From contig OZ024740.1 of NCBI GenBank assembly GCA_964016885.1, forward strand, positions 356,128,001 through 356,192,000: 64,000 nt of DNA. Reading direction: 5' to 3'. The notes under the pieces were generated by a model. It made no database searches and was not told the origin of the DNA. It saw nothing but the letters and a program-made list of their open reading frames with translations. The position numbers and the translations under genes were made by a program. The DNA comes from Eledone cirrhosa. Taxonomy: Eukaryota. Positions 25,081 to 39,842 of the stretch are shown piece after piece (position 1 is the stretch's first letter; each line of letters opens with the position of its first letter).

Positions 25081-26688
25081 ATTTCCATGAGAATCATTCA
25101 CTATTTCACTCTTCCTATTACATCATCAATATCCACCTTAACACTTCCGAAACCAACACAACAAAAATCAACTCTGATCCTATAAAATAAAAGCACCTAT
25201 TTTATAAGCTTCCTGTTTAAATTAAGATCTTCCAAAATAATAAGAGCTATATGTTATGATACTATATTAGTAATTAAATATTTCTAGTAAATCCTTCAAA
25301 ATTCTTCATTAACTAATTGAAATCGAGTGTATTTTATTAGAAATATTGTAATGAAAAGGTTAACAAACCTTGACATTCTTTACCTAATTACTTCAGTTTC
25401 AATTCAGTAAACCACCAACTTGGTGATAAATTCTTTGCTGGTAGTATCGAATAAACCTTTTTCTTGCCACACTATGCATTCACAATCTTTATTCTCATAC
25501 TGATACACCTTCCTCATGCATTGGATTGCTAGTAACATTCCATGATTATTATGTTTGTTTGCTTACTCTGAACTGACTAGTTACTTGTGAAGGGACATAG
25601 CTTAGTGTTTTGGGTGTTATGCTTATGTTCATAGGATAGTGAGTTTGAATCCTAGCAGAGCATTGTGTACTTGAGCCCAACACTTTATTTTATTTTGCTT
25701 CAGCTGGCAAAATAAGTTGCACTTGAAATTCAAAGGGCCAGCCTTGTCACTCAGTGTGTCATGCTGAAGTTCTCTGAGAACTAGATTTAGGGTACATGTG
25801 TCTGTCGAATGCACAGCCACTTATATGTAAATATCATGCGTATGTTGTTCCATTGATTGAATCACCGTTGGAATCAATGGAAGGCCAACATAGCAGATAC
25901 AGGAGAACATCCTGACCAATTTTGCTGCAAAATAAGACACCTACCAGCTAGTATACCTTCATCATTGGATCCACTCTCATTTTCCTATAAGTGATAAATC
26001 ATTTTCCTGCTGTTCCACTTATATTACGGAGTGAATTTAAGTTTGCAAAACAACCAAGATTTTTTTGAGACATTATTTCTTGGAGAGATGCCAGCCAAAA
26101 CTATACAGAATGCCATCCCACTCCCCATTCTTAGTATTATTATTTAAACAGTAAAATAGTTCAAAGAGAAAGCAGGAAGTGATAACTGTTAAAGTAGAAT
26201 TGCCTTGAGAAGAATCTGTCTAAAATGATACAAATGTAATTTTTTGGTTAAAAATAGAAAATAACATAAGAACTAGCAGTGAATTACTATACAGAAAAAA
26301 AACAAAAACAAAACATTTTAGCATTCTATTTTTATGTTTGAATGTAAATCTCTCTTCCTCTGTACACACACAAACACACACATTTATATACACACATACA
26401 TACCCCCCCCCCCCCACACATATATATATACACACATATATATATATATACATATGTATATTCATATAATTATTATTAATCTCTCCTAAGGTCGAGATAA
26501 AATTTTGGTCGTTTTTACTGCTGCTATTTCTAGTGGCAGGACATTGACCTTTCCGCCCTTGCCTTCTATCTTTACACACGGCACTAGACAAGATTGTTTC
26601 CTTATCATACACACTCATCCGGAAACAGTTCTGTATGGCGCCAGTTCGTGATTTGAACTCGGGAATTTTATATTCTCCAGTGAGAAGA

Positions 26689-26772
26689 ACCCTCTGACGA
26701 AATTCTCCTTCTCAATGGTGTTCCGCATGGATTATCCATTTATTTTGAGACTTGAAACCGCGCGGTAAGGGT
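26689..26772 (+). ncRNA. Type I hammerhead ribozyme in a microsatellite-flanked element (about 26476-26840)
   Basis: Stem I ACCCT/AGGGT, CTGACGA, long imperfect stem II (..TCTCAA../..TTGAGA..), GAAAC-C-GCGC-G-GTA with palindromic stem III and a GUA triplet. Confidence 0.8.
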
Positions 26773-26953
26773 AAATATAGTAGGTACAGTAAACTTTAAA
26801 AAATTTATTTTAAAACTTTTTCTCTATTTGCTAAACCTTGATGATATATATGTATATATATATGTGTCTGTATGTGTGTGTGTATGTATGTATGTGTGTA
26901 TATAAATGTGTATATATAAATGTGTATATAAATGTGTATATATACATATACAC

Positions 26954-27009
<56 letters not shown>

Positions 27010-27067
27010 TAAAGTTGAGACAGAGAACAAAAAAAATGCGGAAGTGAAAAGGCAGTACAATATATAT

Positions 27068-29428
27068 ATCATCATCATCATCATCATCATTTTACGTCCG
27101 TTCTTCCCTACTTGCAAGGGTGGGACGGGTCTTATTCAGCACAGCATCTCTCCACTTGTCATGGTCCTTCATCATCTCCACCGTGAGCTTCAGCGATCTG
27201 AGATCTGTTCTCACCACCTCCGCCCATGTTTTCGTGGTCTACCTCTACCACATCTTCCTTCAACTGGCATTTCCTGGCACTTCTTCACCCATCGGTCATC
27301 CTCCATGCGCATCACCTGTCCATACCACCTCAGTCTCCTCTCTCGCACACTGCATTCTATCCCTCTCAGACACAGTTTCTCTCTCAACACATTCATGTTG
27401 GGTCGTTCACGCACATTGACACTGCACATCCAACGGAGCATGCTTGCCTCATTTCTCTCCAGCCGTCGCATATCCTCTGCAGTTGCTGCCCATCTCTCAC
27501 TACCGTGCAGCATCGCGCTCCTCACACAGGCATCATATAACCGCCCTTTCGTATGCAGGGAGAAACTCTTCTTTGTCAACAGAGAAAGCAGCTCCCTAAA
27601 CTTCTTCCAACCCGTCCTTATTCTAGATACTATGGCCTCGGAACACCCACCTTCCATGCTAATCTGATCTCCTAGGTACCGGACGCTATGCAACACTTCT
27701 ATAGCACCCGCCTGGATTTGAAAAATGTGTCTGTCAATGCGACTTCTACTGTCTAATTTCCCTGTACATCTACTGCATACGTATTTCTCCCTACCTGTTA
27801 GTTTTCCTGCTATTCCGCTACATCTCTTGTGTACCCAGGATCTGCATTGTATGCATTTTATAGAATTTATGCCAGTTCCTTTTCTGCATATCGAACATGG
27901 CCATTTCCCTGATGGAATCAGAGTTTTGTCCTCTTTTCTACTCATCAACACTTTTGTCTGAGCTAGGTTCACTCTCAGTCCTCTTGCTACCAACTGCTGT
28001 TTCCATAGCCAGAATTTATTCTTTAGCTCCTCTACTGATTCTGCTATAAGAACCAGATCGTCAGCATAGAGAAGTTCCCATGGACAGCCAGTCTTAAACT
28101 CCCCTGTTATGGCTTGGAGGACTATAATGAACCAGAGCGGGCTGAGGACTGAATCTTGATGTACTCCTACTTGTATCTGGAATTCCTCACTAACCTCCAT
28201 TCCTACCCTAACTTTACTGACAGTACCTCTGTATAAAGTTTGTACTGTCCTCACCAGCCATTCCTCAACACCTAGTTTCCTTAGGGACCACCAGATGACA
28301 GATCAGGGTACCCTATCAAAGGCCTTCTCTAGGTCAACAAAGGCTTATTTTTCTCTAAGAACATCTCTTGTAATTGTCTCACCAAGAAGAGGGCATCTGT
28401 TGTACTCTTCCCAGGCACAAAACCAAACTGCATCTCATCTAGTTTGACCCTTTCTCTAATTAGTTGTGCTAATATCCTTTCTGACACTTTCATAACCTGA
28501 TCCATCAGTTTTATACCCATATAATTGCTCCTCTCCAGAGCATCCCCTTTACCTTTGTAGCAATTTATGAGAATACTGCTGCACCAGTCTTTGGGTATGA
28601 CCCCACCATATATAGCCTGATTGATGATGCGTACAACCAGTTTAGTGCCTACGTCCCCTGATGCCTTCAGCATCTCAGCAACTATCCCTGATGGTCCAGC
28701 AGCCTTACCATTTTTCATTTCCTTAATCGCCACTTGGGCCCTATATTCGTCATTCTCAATAGCTGGTCCCTATGTCGGATCTAGTGAGGGTAATTTCTCT
28801 CTCTCCTATTCCCTCTCCACATTCATCAGTCTCTCATAATGACATTTCCAGGCCTCCTTCTTCCGATCATTTGTGACACTAAGTACACCGGCGCAATTCC
28901 GGACACATTTATCTCCAACAACATCCTGATTTGCATTGACACACTGCCTTACAATGTGGAACACTGCACGCCTCTGATCTTCCCATTGAAGAACATTGGC
29001 AAACCTCCTACTCTCAGCCTCCCTGCGTGCTAAGTACACCTGACGTCTGTCTTCTCTCTTAGCGGCTGTATATCCTTCCCTACTCCCACCCTTTTTCCAA
29101 GCCTTCCATGCTAGTTTTTTGTCTCTAATGGCCTTATCTACTGTGCTGTTCAACCACCAGGTCACTCTCTGTCTGGTTGGAGCTCTGCTCCAGCCACAGG
29201 TTTCATCAGTAGCCTGCAGCAAGTTGTCACGTAAGAAATTCCAGTTATTATCTATGTCATACGTCTCTAAATCGTCTTCTTTTTCGTCATACACATCTTG
29301 AAGGGCTTTCCTAAATTTGTATTTTAGTGGAAGGTCTTTTAGCTTCCAGACCTTTCTTCTCCACACCTTCCTATATGTCTCATGCCATCTCTTGCTTACT
29401 GAGATATCACTAACGACTAACCTATGCT
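27068..29428 (-). mobile_element. Degenerate 5'-truncated RTE LINE of a second subfamily (ORF pieces 28806-29366, 28329-28733, 27211-28254)
   Basis: Same RT+PHD architecture (GCPWELLYADD, WPCSIC...WVHKRC) broken by frameshifts; (GAT)n tail at 27068-27090. Confidence 0.95.
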
Positions 29429-29719
29429 CTTCATATTTTGTTGTTGTTCCTATCTATTTGTTGCTGTGCTGATAAGCGTTTTGGCATTGATACACTGGTT
29501 GGATGCCCTTCCTAACACCAGTGCCACTTTACAGCATGGACTGGGTGCTTTTATTTGTGCCACCAGCACTAGAGAGGATGTCTTACTAGACTCAAGGGCC
29601 CTCTCTACCCCTCCATTTTACAGCATGGTCATAACCCCCCCCCCCCAACCCCCACTTATTGACACGGCACACACACACACACACTCATACACCAACACTC
29701 ATGCATACAAACACACACG

Positions 29720-29770
<51 letters not shown>

Positions 29771-29772
<2 letters not shown>

Positions 29773-30008
29773 GTATAATGATAGCTATGGTGCTTCCATA
29801 GGCAGTATGCCAAAATTAGCACTCAATATTCTTACAGAGCAGAGTGTGAGAAAATTTGCTACGAAAAAATTGCATCTGTCCAAAGGAAGCTGCAGCCGTA
29901 GAATCACCCAGATCCATACAGGGACCATGTCTCGAGCTACCCGCCGGAAACAATTGTAACACACAATAAACTGAGTCCAGATGCATCACTGATTTTTGTT
30001 TTTTTATA
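29771..30008 (+). mobile_element. (TA)n-embedded short element, non-fold-back relative of 14654-14971
   Basis: Shares CTTCCATAGGCRGTATGCC...CTTACAGAGCAGAGT and GAAACAATTGTAACACACAATAAAYTGAGTYCAGATGCATCACTGATTTT. Confidence 0.75.
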
Positions 30009-30041
30009 ATACATACATATATATTTATATATATATACACA

Positions 30042-30121
<80 letters not shown>

Positions 30122-30124
30122 CAT

Positions 30125-30158
<34 letters not shown>

Positions 30159-30689
30159 ATATAAATAAACGGTGGTGTGTTGTGTGTTGATATGCCAGTG
30201 CAGTCGTGGGTGGTGGTGGTGATGGTGGTATGTAGTGTGTTGTGTGCTGATGTGTTAGTGTGGTGTTGGTATGGTGTGTTTATGTGTTTGTTTTAATTAT
30301 TATTTGCTCAGTCTGGAGGAGGGTGCCTATGTCCATGACCTTTACAGGTGCTTGGAGACCAAAGAGGTTGGAGCTATTGTTATTCTGTTTAAATTGTTTT
30401 ATGTAGATTCCTGCATGAAGGAAATGTGTTGAGAATGAATTCTAGAGGGATGACATACGGGGGAGAAAGGACTAAGCATAGTGGTTAGTGCAGGGCTTGA
30501 GGGGTGGACACAATATGGATGACAGGAGAAGGAAGGGCAAGTGAATCTAATTGCTTGAATATGGCACGATGTCAGCCAGCTCTGAAAAAGCAGATGCCAT
30601 TGTAGTAGTGGTAAACATGTTGTCCAGAGACTAGAGCATGTCTGTTAGTGACTTTATGTCAATCAGATGAAAGACCTTTACCTGGGTGT

Positions 30690-31110
30690 TAGGGAATGGG
30701 TGGGGTATTAGGATGCATGAGGGGAAGGTGGTGCATACTAGATTTATGCTTCAGCCCATGCACATGGGAAGGCAGGTCTTCTGTATTATTGCATAACACC
30801 AGAGATCTTGGTCCAGTGTCATCACTTTTAAGAGGTGCAATTGTGTCAGCTTTTAATACCTCATCACCAGTCTTCTTAGGTGTTCTTACTCCACAGCTTC
30901 CATCAACTTTGAGTGCTCTGCGCCTTTTTATACAGCTGTCATCCTTCATTCATATCACATGTCAATACCAACGCAATCTCCTCCCTTGCACTCTGCATCT
31001 GATCCCTCTTATGCCCAGTTTCTCTCTCAGTTCATTTATGCTTTGACATTCATGTATATTGCTATTATACATCCATTGAAGCATGCAAGCTTCATTTCTT
31101 TCCAATATTC
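30690..31110 (-). pseudogene. RTE LINE 3'-end fragment
   Basis: MKDDSCIKRRRALKVDGSCGVRTPKKT resembles MKVDSCITKCRAIKIDGSHGIGRPRKT of the intact RTE. Confidence 0.85.
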
Positions 31111-34100
31111 ACCAGGCCTTGCTACCATTAAACTTTACCAGTTTCACAAGCTTTATAATTTTCAAAAGTTTTCAAAGATGTGCGACTATGCTGTCATATA
31201 ACGTGCATCATGGAGAAGCTGCTTTGTCCTTAAGTGACTATGTAATACTTTTGTTGATGGCTCAAAGCTCTTAATAATTACAGGTGAGACAGAAATTGTA
31301 GAAAAATGTTGGAGGCATTATAAAATGGTTGTTTTTTTTTGTTGTTGGTAGTATTAATGGCTAGCAAATATATGGCAAGTAGATCTTTGGTATAAGGGTT
31401 ATTGGATGAATGATGAATTCAATCATTCCTTTTCTAGACATGACCCTCTTGTCTCTGTCATAGGCTGACTGCTCTAAGATTTGGAACTTTTAAAATTTGT
31501 GGATCCCAGTTTAAAAATAGTAAGTGGTTGTTGATGAAGAATATGTTGATGTATGGTGTTTTCATATAGAGAAAACTGTCCTGCAATGAGCCAATGAGGG
31601 GTCCTTTATGTGCTTGTTGGACCTGTTAAAATCTGCTGCCAAATCTCCCACAAATCCACCATTTTTATAAAGAAATATTCTTGTGCATTAGATAATGTGA
31701 TTCTACATACCCTCAAAAAATGTAAAGATGGTTATGAATGAGATACCTTTGATCATAGGCCTGCTCAGTCAGAGTTGATGTGGAGCTAAGCAACAACAAT
31801 AACTATACTGTGTGAATAAAATGCAGTGTATTTTATTGAAAATTCTGTCAGAATGAGATTAAGAGATACAATATTTTGAATTAATATTCTAATGGAGATA
31901 TTCTGCAGTGTAAGTAATTATAATAAAAGCAAAATCCATTCACGTGGAGAGAAAATCCGAACAAAACATTAAAGAGAATGGCATCTATTATATTTGGTTC
32001 TGTATCACTAGACAGGTTACTAATCTCAATGTTGTGTTGCCAACATTTTGGCTAAGACCATCATTCTGATTATTCTTTGTCTGCTGAGTATATGGAGGCA
32101 GAAAAATGAATATATCGATATCTGCTTTCAAGAATATTTCGTATTAATATATTTTGATAATAACAAAACCAACTTTATATGGAGGAAGAAGGTATAATTG
32201 ATTTAATGGACCATACTACATAACTACTACTTATTTTTTATCATTACTGACCCCAGATTAATGAATGGGAGAATTAGAATTCAGAGTGGCAAAGTATTCA
32301 AACTAGATGCATCAATTTTGATTCAACAATTTGAATGTTTTAAGGTTTCACTATGGATTCCTACTAGTTTTATGCAATAAACCTATGGATAATTACCATA
32401 CCATGCAAAACTGAATATTTTCATCTCTCACTTTAGATCTATGATTCCTTAGATGTGTTGATCTCTAAATCTATGAAAATTTACATATGTGAATCTTTAA
32501 ATCTAGGAATTACAGGATCTAAAAATGATACTATATATTTTTATCCTTTCATTGCCATATTTCTAATGAAAGACACTGCTCTTCTGTTTCAAATAATTTT
32601 GAAAATAGCCAACATTTTGGATGACTTAGTAAAATACCCAACTTTCTAATTATTAAACTTGTGTTTAGAACATAACTTAATAAATGTTCTTCCATAAAAT
32701 TATGAAGGGAAGTTTTAATTCAAATATAAACAATGTAAAATAAGATATTTTTTTATAATAGAATCGTGGTGGTTTCAGATGGGTTAGGATTGAAAGAGTT
32801 AAATGAATAGAATTTTCTGATATGTCAGTTATGTGAGCTATGGGTACAGGTAGAGTCTGTAATCTACTATATACTTGAGAGTGTATGTGTGTATATATGA
32901 GTATGTCACCAAAAGGCTCTGAAATGGTGTGTCCTAGAGAAAACAGATTTGATTTTGGAAATATGCATCCAAAGGAGAGAGTTTGGAAGCTCATGGAGTT
33001 TCTTCATTTCGAAAAGAATAAAAGAACTAACACACAAACATAAGCTTATGTTATTTCTATCAACAAAAATATCCATTAATGTGCAGAGTGAAAAGATGAC
33101 AGGTAACCATTCAGAATAGACACATGGCTTTTCATTTTCCATTAAAATGCTCTTTTCTTCTCTTCCTCTTTCAATTTCTTATTGTTAATGTGTGTATGAC
33201 TTTTCATCGCAGTGTGGCTTAGTAGTTAGGGTATTCAGCTTAGGATCACAAGGTTGTGAGTTTGATTCCTGGTGGTGCGTTGTGTCTTTGTCCACAACAT
33301 GTAATTTTGCATTGCTCTAGTCCGATTTCCATAGAAACCACCTTGGGGACAATTGACGATTCACGGGGATGGTCAATGGGGAATAAGTAATGGGAGATGA
33401 GGCATAAGGGGGACATGGTCTGACAAGGAATACAAAAAAATGGAAGAAGGCATTCTATGGTGAAAATTGTTTGGCAATGATAGATTAATCTGCTAGTACT
33501 AAATATAGGGGCATGATATTCTGAAAAGCCAACTAAGGTGACAAAATAATCTTTAAAGCCAGGTTTCCAAACAATACGTTCTGTTATGTTAAGATATTTC
33601 TATAATGTCATCTATGATGTTTGACAACTTCAGCTATGACAGATTTGATAACCAAAATTTGTAATTCCATGAATTAGAAGAAATGTCAACATGAAAAGCA
33701 AAGTTTGTTACTATAAAAGAACCTTTTTGTGGAGAAAGAAAACAGGAATATGTAATATTCCAATAGGGTTTTAATTTTGAATCAAAGCTTTGGTTGTTGG
33801 GAAGAATAGCTTCAGCAATACATCAATGGAAGAGAAAAGAGTTAGTGAAGTAATCAGATGTTTGATAATTAGTTCTGTAGTAATAAAAAAAAACAGTAAC
33901 AACAAAAATCATATTTCTGTCACCAATCATCTCCACATTGTTGTATTTTCATGTCATAATCATTATCTTCATCATCCAGTTTTTGATTATTCAGGACACA
34001 ATTAAACCCTAAGTAGGGGTGTGTCCTGCCTGACAGCGCTCCTTAGCTTCCATGAGTTTCTGTCTGCTAGTCTCACTTGGGCCAGGCCAAGCCTAGCTTA

Positions 34101-35825
34101 ATTCTGATGGACATCGTCCATCCAAATCCTTTTTGGTCTTTCTGGGCCTCTACTGCCTCCTGGATTGACATTCATCACTTTCCTATAAATGATTTTCTTA
34201 TACTTCAAGCAAGGCATCAACATGCACCTTGGCCTGTATTGAATTCCCTAGTGTTTTTATAACTGGGATCATGACAAGTATACAAGGATATGTTACAGTT
34301 AAACCACTAGTGACATAATGAAGTTCAGTTCAAACAAACATAGCTTATATCTTATATGTGTATATGAGTTCCAAAGATGTGAAGTGGTTCTAGATAATTA
34401 ATTAGTAGAAGTGTTAGTTAAATAACATGATGGGTGAGAAAAATGTTGTGAGTTAATGTAGAAATGCAGCCATATTAGAGGAAAGTTTATAAAGAAGTAG
34501 TTTTAGATTGATTTCAGGTAATTTAATCTTATTATGAAATAATACTGATTGATGATGCTGTGCAGACTATGATATCTGGTAACAAAAACTGATGTGAAGA
34601 AATATCTTATAGAAATTTTTACTAAGTCAAGTGACCTAATGAAAACAGCAGTCAAATCTCCCTGTAATCTTATGCTATTGTGAAAAAAAAACAAAACAAA
34701 AGAGAGAGAAAAAAAAACAGAAGACATATTGGATAATGTCTGAAAAAGAAACATTGCATTAGTCATGGCTGCAATGACTTTGATCACAGGCTTCCTCAGT
34801 TAGAGCTGACCTGGGGTTAAATTACTAACCATAACAGCATAGAAAAATAGGTTAAAAAAGAGATGACGTTATGAATTTTGAGGATGATGATGATGGCGAT
34901 GATGATGATGATCATCATCATCTTTCCATGCTTGTTTGGGTTAGATAGGTTGTCACATCTTTCCTGTGTTTCATTTTGGCTTGGATGTATGCCTGGGTAC
35001 CATTCCTAATGCCAACCACTTAACACAGTGTACTGGGAACATTTTATCATTGCTTAGATGATGATAATGATGATGACAGGAATGATAATGACACCGAGAT
35101 TGATAAAAACTAATGGTGATGATAATGTTAATGATGATGATGACAATATGTGTTGTTATTCTGTGATTGAGATAGTCAGCTGAATGACTAGTCAAGATTC
35201 ACAGATCTGCTGTTCCAGTTATACCAAGCCTTTCTAGCTGATAATCATATTGCACAATTGAGCATGCTGGGATACGTCAAGGTGAGTGGAGTCTGATAGC
35301 CTGCTGGACATGTTGCACTCACTCCACTGTCCAGTCAATGTTCATATATCAGGAAATTCTGGCAATGACCATAACAGAAGTAAGTGAGGTGAAATCAACC
35401 TGAATATAAAATTTCTTTTTCATCTGTACTTACCATTAGTGGTGTCTATCCCTGACCAAACTAAGGCTGTTTAAGGTCCCTAGCATTTAAAAGATTATGG
35501 TGCCTGATTACCCCTGCCCCCATATATAAAGTCTGCAAAAAGCTTTATTTGGGGAATATCAGATACATTATTATTACTTAATTTTAATAATATTGAGAAT
35601 TATAGATATAAATAAATATTAAAATAGAATAGAATATTCCATTTATATTTTTTCCATTGAAATAGCTTTTTCTTATAATCTTCATTTGTATTTATTTGAA
35701 TCATATATATATACAAATATTAAAATAGAATAAAATATTCCATTTATATTTTATCGATTAAGATAGCTTTTAATTGTAGTCTTTATTTGTATTTATTTTT
35801 AATATATATATATTTTATTTAACTT

Positions 35826-35854
<29 letters not shown>

Positions 35855-35861
<7 letters not shown>

Positions 35862-36198
35862 AAGTTAAATAAAAGTCAAATGATTAAAATTTAGCTTCGT
35901 TTATTACTGCTATATATATTTCAGTGACAGCCATCTTTGGCTGTGACCTCTTCAGGCAGTTTGAATTAGTATGGTATAGACAAGTACATATGTTGTTTAG
36001 GTGTATGATATTGTCAATACTCTGATATCAGAGTATTGACAATATCATACACCTAAACAACATATGTACTTGTCTATACCATACTAATTCAAACTGCCTG
36101 AAGAGGTCACAGCCAAAGATGGCTGTCACTGAAATATATATAGCAGTAATAAACGAAGCTAAATTTTAATCATTTGACTTTTATTTAACTTTATTTTA
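35855..36198. repeat. Perfect 344-bp spacerless palindrome (centre 36026/36027) within a (TA)n-flanked element extending to about 36295
   Basis: ...TCAATACTCTGAT|ATCAGAGTATTGA...; the arms match by eye base for base out to TAAAATAAAG/CTTTATTTTA. Confidence 0.95.
36093..36147 (+). ncRNA. Type I minimal hammerhead ribozyme (mirror copy on - at 35906-35960)
   Basis: ACTGC-CTGAAGA-GGTCACAGCCAaagaTGGCTGTCACT-GAAAT-ATAT-ATA-GCAGT, with stem I ACTGC/GCAGT. Confidence 0.85.
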
Positions 36199-36293
36199 CA
36201 CTACTCCGGAGTAACCAAACCAACCTGCGCACTTCGTCGAGTGCTCCAGCCTACATACTGAGGTGTTGGTATACAACCAACATAAACTCAAAA

Positions 36294-36363
<70 letters not shown>

Positions 36364-37729
36364 TATATATATAGTGTATAATTTTTTTATTTTTTTATTT
36401 GTTGTCACTTCTCTTTTTGTGGATCTTGGTTCAACTACACTAAATACTCCATGGGCAATTTCCATGTTGTCCCTCTTGTCTTGAAACCCTGAGCATGGGG
36501 TATTTTGATTAACAGTTAATACATCCTTGTAACTATCATTGTAGTGTTTGGGGCTACTGAAGCTTTTGAAATTACAGCTATTTCTATGTGTATGAGTTGC
36601 TGAGTTGGAGAGAGAGTGGTTTTAGGACATTTATCTAGTAGTGTTCTAGGGAGTTGTATTAAATTATAATTTGCATATTATTAGTACTAACACTGGTAGT
36701 TAATTCAAAAATATATTAAATTTTCAACCAAGCATGTGAAATATACTATACATATATCTTAGGTATGTGGAAGGGATTATATGTGGAGTAGCAGGGATTG
36801 TGAGTGTTGGAATTTCCCGCACCAACAAACTGTACCATTTACATATCCAGGTGATATTTCACTTTTAGTATTATTGTCTTGCTATATGTAGGCATTTGTG
36901 GAAAATCTGTGATGATTTGTAGTATGTTCTGTTTACTCTTGGAAGATTATTTTGGTTTGTTTGTTGATGTAGATGAGGATGATAGGGATGGTAATAATGA
37001 AGGTGATGGGGATGATAATGATGATGAAATCTCTTTACATCTTCCCTCTACTTATTCTTTCACACAATCTTTTTATCAACTACACATGCTTCCTCTTTTT
37101 TTTTCAGCCTACATCATCTTTCACTGGAAAAAGTTTGGTTGTTGACATTTCTAAAAGCTATCGGTTAAAAGGAAACTCTGTCAACAATTTTAATAGGAAG
37201 AACTGACGACGATTCTATATTTGGTTCACTTCAGACAGTTAATGACAGATAGAATCATAGAAAAATTGGCAAATGAAGGTTGAGACAAAAAAAAAGAAGA
37301 AAAAAGAAAATGATGTTCTCACTTCATATGGACTATGGACAGAGGCTGTGTGTGCTGAGGATCAAGAGAGAACATTTTCAAAGAAACAATTTATCACCTT
37401 TGTAGTTTGTGTAGTGCATGATTCCCTTAACAGTGTTGCTTAGAAAGGTGGTTAAGAATTTAAGGAAAAACAGCAGATCAACTATTTATGGTAAAGATGA
37501 AGCTAAAACTAGTTCATTTCTTTGGTGCTAACATAAAAATTGAATTTCAACTAAAAAAGAGTGAAATATTAGTCTTGAAAATAGGAAAAGTGCATAATAT
37601 TTAAGGTATAGCATTGCCTACATGAGAAATGAGGAAGCAAATAGAAGAGAATGGGTACAGATACTAGTGCATGGTTGAAATAGACTAGTTTATGGAGGAA
37701 GAAGTGAAAAGGTTTTTACCCAAGAGTAT

Positions 37730-38100
37730 GTTTTAAAACTAATGTTGGTGCTATAATGAAATTTTAATTAATTTGAAGTGCTTAATACTTGGGTAATTGA
37801 AATATTGAGGTATGGTAGAACAGGAAAGCTCACCAAAATGTATGGTACATTTCACCCCCAAAGGATGTTGATAGATTGTACTTATTGAGACAAAAATGTG
37901 GGAAAGGACTGATTAGCTGTGAAGGTTGTGTCAGCTCAGATGAAAACAGTTTTGGATGGTACATAAAGCATGCAATAGAACCACTCTTGATTGAAGTTAA
38001 AAAGTCTGTTGTAGACTTTTTACTCTCAATCGGATTATACTTCAAATCATCACAGATTTTCCACAAATGCCTACATATAAAACTCTTAAATAACAGATGG
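37730..38100 (+). pseudogene. Dong/R4-type RT/thumb remnant
   Basis: LYLLRQKCGKGLISCEGCVSSDENSFGWYIKHAIEPLL fits the LYLPRxxGGRGL...EENSLxxY pattern. Confidence 0.7.
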
Positions 38101-38182
38101 TATTTCGATCTTCAAGTCAATATATATCCTGTGAATCATGGTGTGCGATGCTCTACTGTTGTTGCCAATAATAATAATAATA

Positions 38183-38518
38183 ATGGTTTCTTATATAGGC
38201 ACAAGGCCAGCAATTTTGGGGAAGGGTAAAGTCGATTTAATCGACCACAGTGCATAACTGGTACTTTGTTTCATCGACCCCATGAGGATGAAAGGCAAAT
38301 TTAAACTCGGTGGGATTTGAACTCAGATCATAAGGGCCATATACTCTATGATGCAAAGCATGGTGTCTGACGCTCTACCGTTACTGCCAATCCAATAATA
38401 ATAATTGTTTCTACTTTTGACACAAGGCCAGCAATTACCCAGTGCATTACTGGTACTTTATTTTATCGACCCCGTAAGGATGAAAGGCAAAGTTAACCTC
38501 GGCGGGATTTGAACTCAA
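38183..38518 (-). mobile_element. Two tandem SINE-B copies in (TAA)n
   Basis: GGCACAAGGCCAGCAATT...GGATGAAAGGCAAA...GGGATTTGAACTCA motifs occur twice. Confidence 0.85.
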
Positions 38519-38549
38519 GATCCAATAATAATAATGACAATAATAATAG

Positions 38550-38790
38550 TCAAAGACTACAAAGAAAACATTGTCTTCTGATTGATGTATCAATCCCAAC
38601 TGACGACAACATTTCTACCAAGGAAAATGGAGAAACTATCAAAATATAAAGATCTACCTATAATTATAGGTGCTCTTGGAATGATAAAAAAAAGCACACA
38701 GACAGATACAAAAGCAAAACCTGTGAGGACTCACAAATATATACAACATGCAAAAATTAGCACTACTAGGCACCACACACATATTGTAAA
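38550..38790 (+). pseudogene. Dong/R4-type restriction-like endonuclease remnant
   Basis: IDVSIPTDDNISTKE / MEKLSKYKDL / PIIIGALGMIKK read across a frameshift. Confidence 0.7.
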
Positions 38791-39534
38791 AAGTATTCTC
38801 AATGCAAGAGAACAAACACCACCAAAAACCACACTATACATACTCAAGGCACACAGAGCTGTGTTCGGCAATGCAGTGATAATGCGCAAAATGATGGTGA
38901 TGGTGATGGTGGAGTTGTTGATGATGATGTAACAGAAAAAGATTAAATTGACATGACATGAGTGTTTGGTTGATACTTTATTTCACAGACTTGAGAAGGA
39001 TGTCAGGCAAAGTTAACCTTGGCTAGATTTGAAATCAAATTATATCAGGTTACCATCCTCTTACTTAATTTACTCTGTTATTATATCATTATAATAGGTT
39101 GTTGCCCTAATGAATATATCTTTAACTGAAGATAGATAAGAGATTCTCATATAAATGATGACTCAGAGTTCCTAATTATGACCAATGGGTTGAGGAGTAC
39201 AATTTTTATGGATATTAATGGTGTCTTCATTTGGCTTTCAGTATGGATAATGTTAGCTGTCTATATATCTAGTGTTATGTCTATGATGCTAACTATCCTT
39301 AACTCTATTAAACTGAAACATCACCTAAGCTGATCCTGACTATTTGTCCATAGAGATACAACAATAATATCTTCTGAAACAGTATGAAGTAATATATTGT
39401 ATAACACCAATTTAGACTTCATGGCAGAAAATATATTGAAACACGTGTTAGAATTATTAATAAATGAAATATTGAATATCAACAACTCTGCATCTGTGAT
39501 CTATCCACAGCCGATGATCAATATAAATAAATAA

Positions 39535-39567
<33 letters not shown>

Positions 39568-39601
39568 TATATATATAACATTTTTGTTTAATGCATTTAA
39601 T

Positions 39602-39648
39602 TGCTAACGATCGTTTCTTCCAGACAAAAGTCTGGAATCATTGGAGCA
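39602..39648 (-). ncRNA. Degenerate minimal hammerhead
   Basis: Minus strand reads TGCT-CCAATGA (for CUGAUGA)-TTCCAGAC tttt GTCTGGAA-GAAAC-GATC-GTT-AGCA; adjacent to a TA/CA microsatellite. Confidence 0.6.
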
Positions 39649-39842
39649 TATACAATGTTAAAACAAATAAATAAATTCCTAATCCTTATAACATTCATTA
39701 AGATACATTATAATTATTATTATTAGTGTGAGTTACAATATATTGAAGAGTAAGAACAAAAGAAAGTAAAATATTGAAAAGTATTATAAAGAGAGTATTA
39801 CTTAAAAGTCAATATATCAAGAATATCATACCAAGAATGTAA

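Noticed and set aside
31300-35600. Host exons in the AT-rich interval
   Set aside because: Only short ORFs with no motifs and old repeat debris; small exons cannot be excluded without RNA data.
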